Assembly (NCBI GenBank): GCA_963836075.1
Contig: CAWIIB010000001.1
Location: forward strand, 832,001 to 896,000
DNA from: an uncultured Acidobacteriota bacterium
GTDB lineage: Bacteria; Acidobacteriota; JAQAZP01
Length of the DNA stretch: 64,000 bases
Direction of reading: 5' to 3'
Shown: piece after piece, positions 61,670-64,000 of the stretch
Position numbering within the stretch: the first letter of the stretch is position 1
Layout: each line of letters starts with the position of its first letter
Translations under genes and position numbers: made by a program
Notes under the pieces: model-generated
Told to the model about the DNA's origin: nothing
The model's input: only the letters and a program-made list of their open reading frames with translations
Database searches by the model: none

Positions 61670-63618
61670 ATGACCAGTCGATCTCGTGCGGCACAGGCGC
61701 CTCTGATCAGCGAGCGGGGTGCGGGCGGCGCGGCCCGCGGCTTGCTGCCCCTGCTCCTCCTGGCGGCCGTTGCGGTGCTGCCCTATCTGAACAGTCTGGG
61801 GAACGGATTTCACTGGGACGATCACCACCACGTCCTGGAAAATCCGGCGATCCGGGACCCTGGATACATCCCGCGGTTCTTCACCGACCCTTCCACCTTT
61901 TCCCGCGACCCCGGTATCCAGATGTACCGACCGCTGCTGATGGTGACCTACGCCATGAACTTCGCCGCCGGAGGAGACCAGGGCTGGGGATACCACCTGG
62001 TGAACATCGGGTTGCACCTGCTGGTGACCCTGCTGCTGCACCGCCTGTTGCTGCTGATCCTGCCGTCCCCCAGGGGCCGGGGCCCGGCGTTTGCCGCCGC
62101 GGCGCTGTTCGCGGTTCACCCGATCAACAGCCAGGCCGTGAACTATATCTCCAGCCGTTCGGTGCTGCTGGCCGCCGCCCTGTTGCTGCTGGGGCTGTCT
62201 TTCAGCCTGGCCGGCCGCTCCCCCGGACGCCGCCTGTTGCTCCTCCCCGCCGCGGTGTCTTTCTTTCTCGCGTTGCTCTCCAAATCCACGGCCATCGTGG
62301 CCATCCCCCTGCTGCTGGCCGCGGAACTGCTGCTCCCGGTGAAGGGCCAGAGATTGCGGGATCCGGTCCTGCGCCTGGCGGGCCCGCTGATCGCGGCCGC
62401 GGCGTATCTCTGGCTCTCGCGGACAGTCCTGGAGCGAAGCCTGGCCAACCCCATCAGGCCCCTGGGCATCCAGTTGGGGACCCAGGCGCGGGTCTTCTGG
62501 CACTATGTCCGGTTGGTCTTCGCCCCCTTCGGCTTCAGCGTGGAGAGCGACATCGTTCCCGTGGCATCCCCCTTCAGCCCGGCGGCGATGTTGTCAGTGG
62601 CGGGTCTCCTGCTCTTTGCCGCGGCAGCCGTTCTGATCTCGCTGCGGCTCAAATCGAGGCCGGCCCTGTTTTTCTTCCTCTGGATATTCATCACCCTGGC
62701 CCCCACCTCCATTATCCCGCTCAACGTGGTGGTGAACGAGCACCGCTTCTACCTGCCGCTGGCCGGCCTGCTGGGCATGGCCGCCGCCTGGTCGGTGCGC
62801 CGCTCGCCCGCTTTCCCCGGGCCCCCGGGCACGGGCGGTGCTGGCCGCCGTGCTGCTTCTGCTGGCCGCGGTCACCGTGGTACGCAACCGGGACTGGCGT
62901 GACGAATTCACCCTCTGGACCGCAGCCGCGAAGCAAAGTCCCGGCCGCCCGCTGCCCCAGGTCAACCTCGGGCTGGCCCACCTGCGGCTGGGCCAGTCCG
63001 ATCAGGCCGCCGAGCGATTCGACCGCGCCCTGGCCCTCGCACCCGGCCATTTCCAGGCCCTGGTCAATCGCGGGGTGACCCACCTGCGCACCAGGGAGTA
63101 TGGAAAGGCGGCGGCCCGTTTTCGCGAGGCCCTGGTGCAGGACCCCTCCCGGGTGGATGTGGCGATCAATCTCGCCCTGGCCGAAAACGGGAGCGGGCAT
63201 GCTGAAGAATCAGTGGAACTGCTGCGGCCCTACACCGATCTCTGGCCGGACCACCCGCACCTCTTCCATACCCTGGGCACGGCCCTGGTCAAATCGGGGA
63301 GTGCCGCCGAGGGCCTGGCCTGTTTCCGGCGCTGCACCGAGATTGATCCCGGCAGCGCCAAAGGCTGGAGCGGCACCGGCCTGGCCCTGGTCCGGCTGGG
63401 CCGGCGCAGGGAGGCCGATCGCCGCCTTCCGCCGCTCCGTCCAGGCCGATCCGGCCCATTTCGAGGGCTGGGCCTACCTGGGCAACACGCTGTTTCAACA
63501 GGGTGATTACCAGGGGGCCATCGCCGCGTACGAGCGGGCCAGGGCCATCAGGCCGGATGACGCCAAATTGAACCACAACCTCGCCTTGTGCTATAACAGG
63601 GCCCGCGGCAACGGGTAG
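61670..63618 (+). CDS. TMTC-like GT-C glycosyltransferase with TPRs (frameshifts near 62825 and 63415)
   Basis: FHWDD..N, YRP, HPINSQAVNYISSR, NEHRFYLP, RNRDW.DE.TLW, TPRs. Confidence 0.85.
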
Positions 63619-63671
63619 GCCGGGCCGCGAAAATCACCCTGAATCGCCTGCTCCAGCGAGGTCCTCCTCCC

Positions 63672-64000
63672 ATGGACGAATCACCCGCTTCTCCCATGCC
63701 GGATGCCCGCTCGCTCAGCGTCATCGTTCCGGCCTTCAACGAGGAAGCGGTGATCGGTGACGTGGCGCGGAAGATCATCCAGCGGCTGGGGCCGGAGGAC
63801 GAGCTGCTGGTGGTGGACGACGGCTCCACCGACCAGACCGCCCACCGGGCCCGTGAAGCCGGGGCCCGGGTGGTCTCCCACCCCTACAACATGGGTAACG
63901 GCGCGGCGATCAAGACCGGCATCCGCAACGGCCGGGGCAAGGTCTTCGTCTTCATGGACGGGGACGGCCAGCACGACCCCGACGAGATTCACGACCTGAC
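63672..64000 (+). CDS. GT2 polyprenol-phosphate sugar synthase-like protein (partial)
   Basis: Manual translation: LSVIVPAFNEE, VVDDGSTD, NMGNGAAIKTG, FMDGDGQHDP. Confidence 0.9.
   Translation, partial: MDESPASPMPDARSLSVIVPAFNEEAVIGDVARKIIQRLGPEDELLVVDDGSTDQTAHRAREAGARVVSHPYNMGNGAAIKTGIRNGRGKVFVFMDGDGQHDPDEIHDL

Overview
High-GC bacterial chromosomal window. The VWA-Ig, PEGA-kinase, TMTC-like and DUF362 content suggests an Acidobacteriota-like and probably anaerobic organism (inference). Housekeeping genes: uvrA, truncated glmU, glmS, pcrA/uvrD, tldD/pmbA, rex, ddl, argS, smc and tRNA-Thr(CGT). These are mixed with secreted and envelope genes: a Ser/Thr kinase-PEGA/TPR/PP2C module, three GT-C+TPR glycosyltransferases and a partial Wza/Wzc exopolysaccharide cluster. 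About 10 single-base frameshifts, including in argS and ddl, look like long-read indel errors. Four observations stand out. (1) Two unrelated secreted proteins 25 kb apart (an M64 peptidase and a triple-repeat protein) share a ~115-aa C-terminal domain and the same upstream TGTC-N8-CTACA box, suggesting an undescribed, probably sigma54-regulated surface-protein sorting system. (2) A DUF1573-like secreted protein has an in-frame TGA at a conserved Cys position followed by a SECIS-like hairpin, making it a candidate selenoprotein. (3) Tandem NrdR-like boxes lie upstream of smc. (4) A small dispersed hairpin element occurs twice. No CRISPR array, transposase or prophage was seen.
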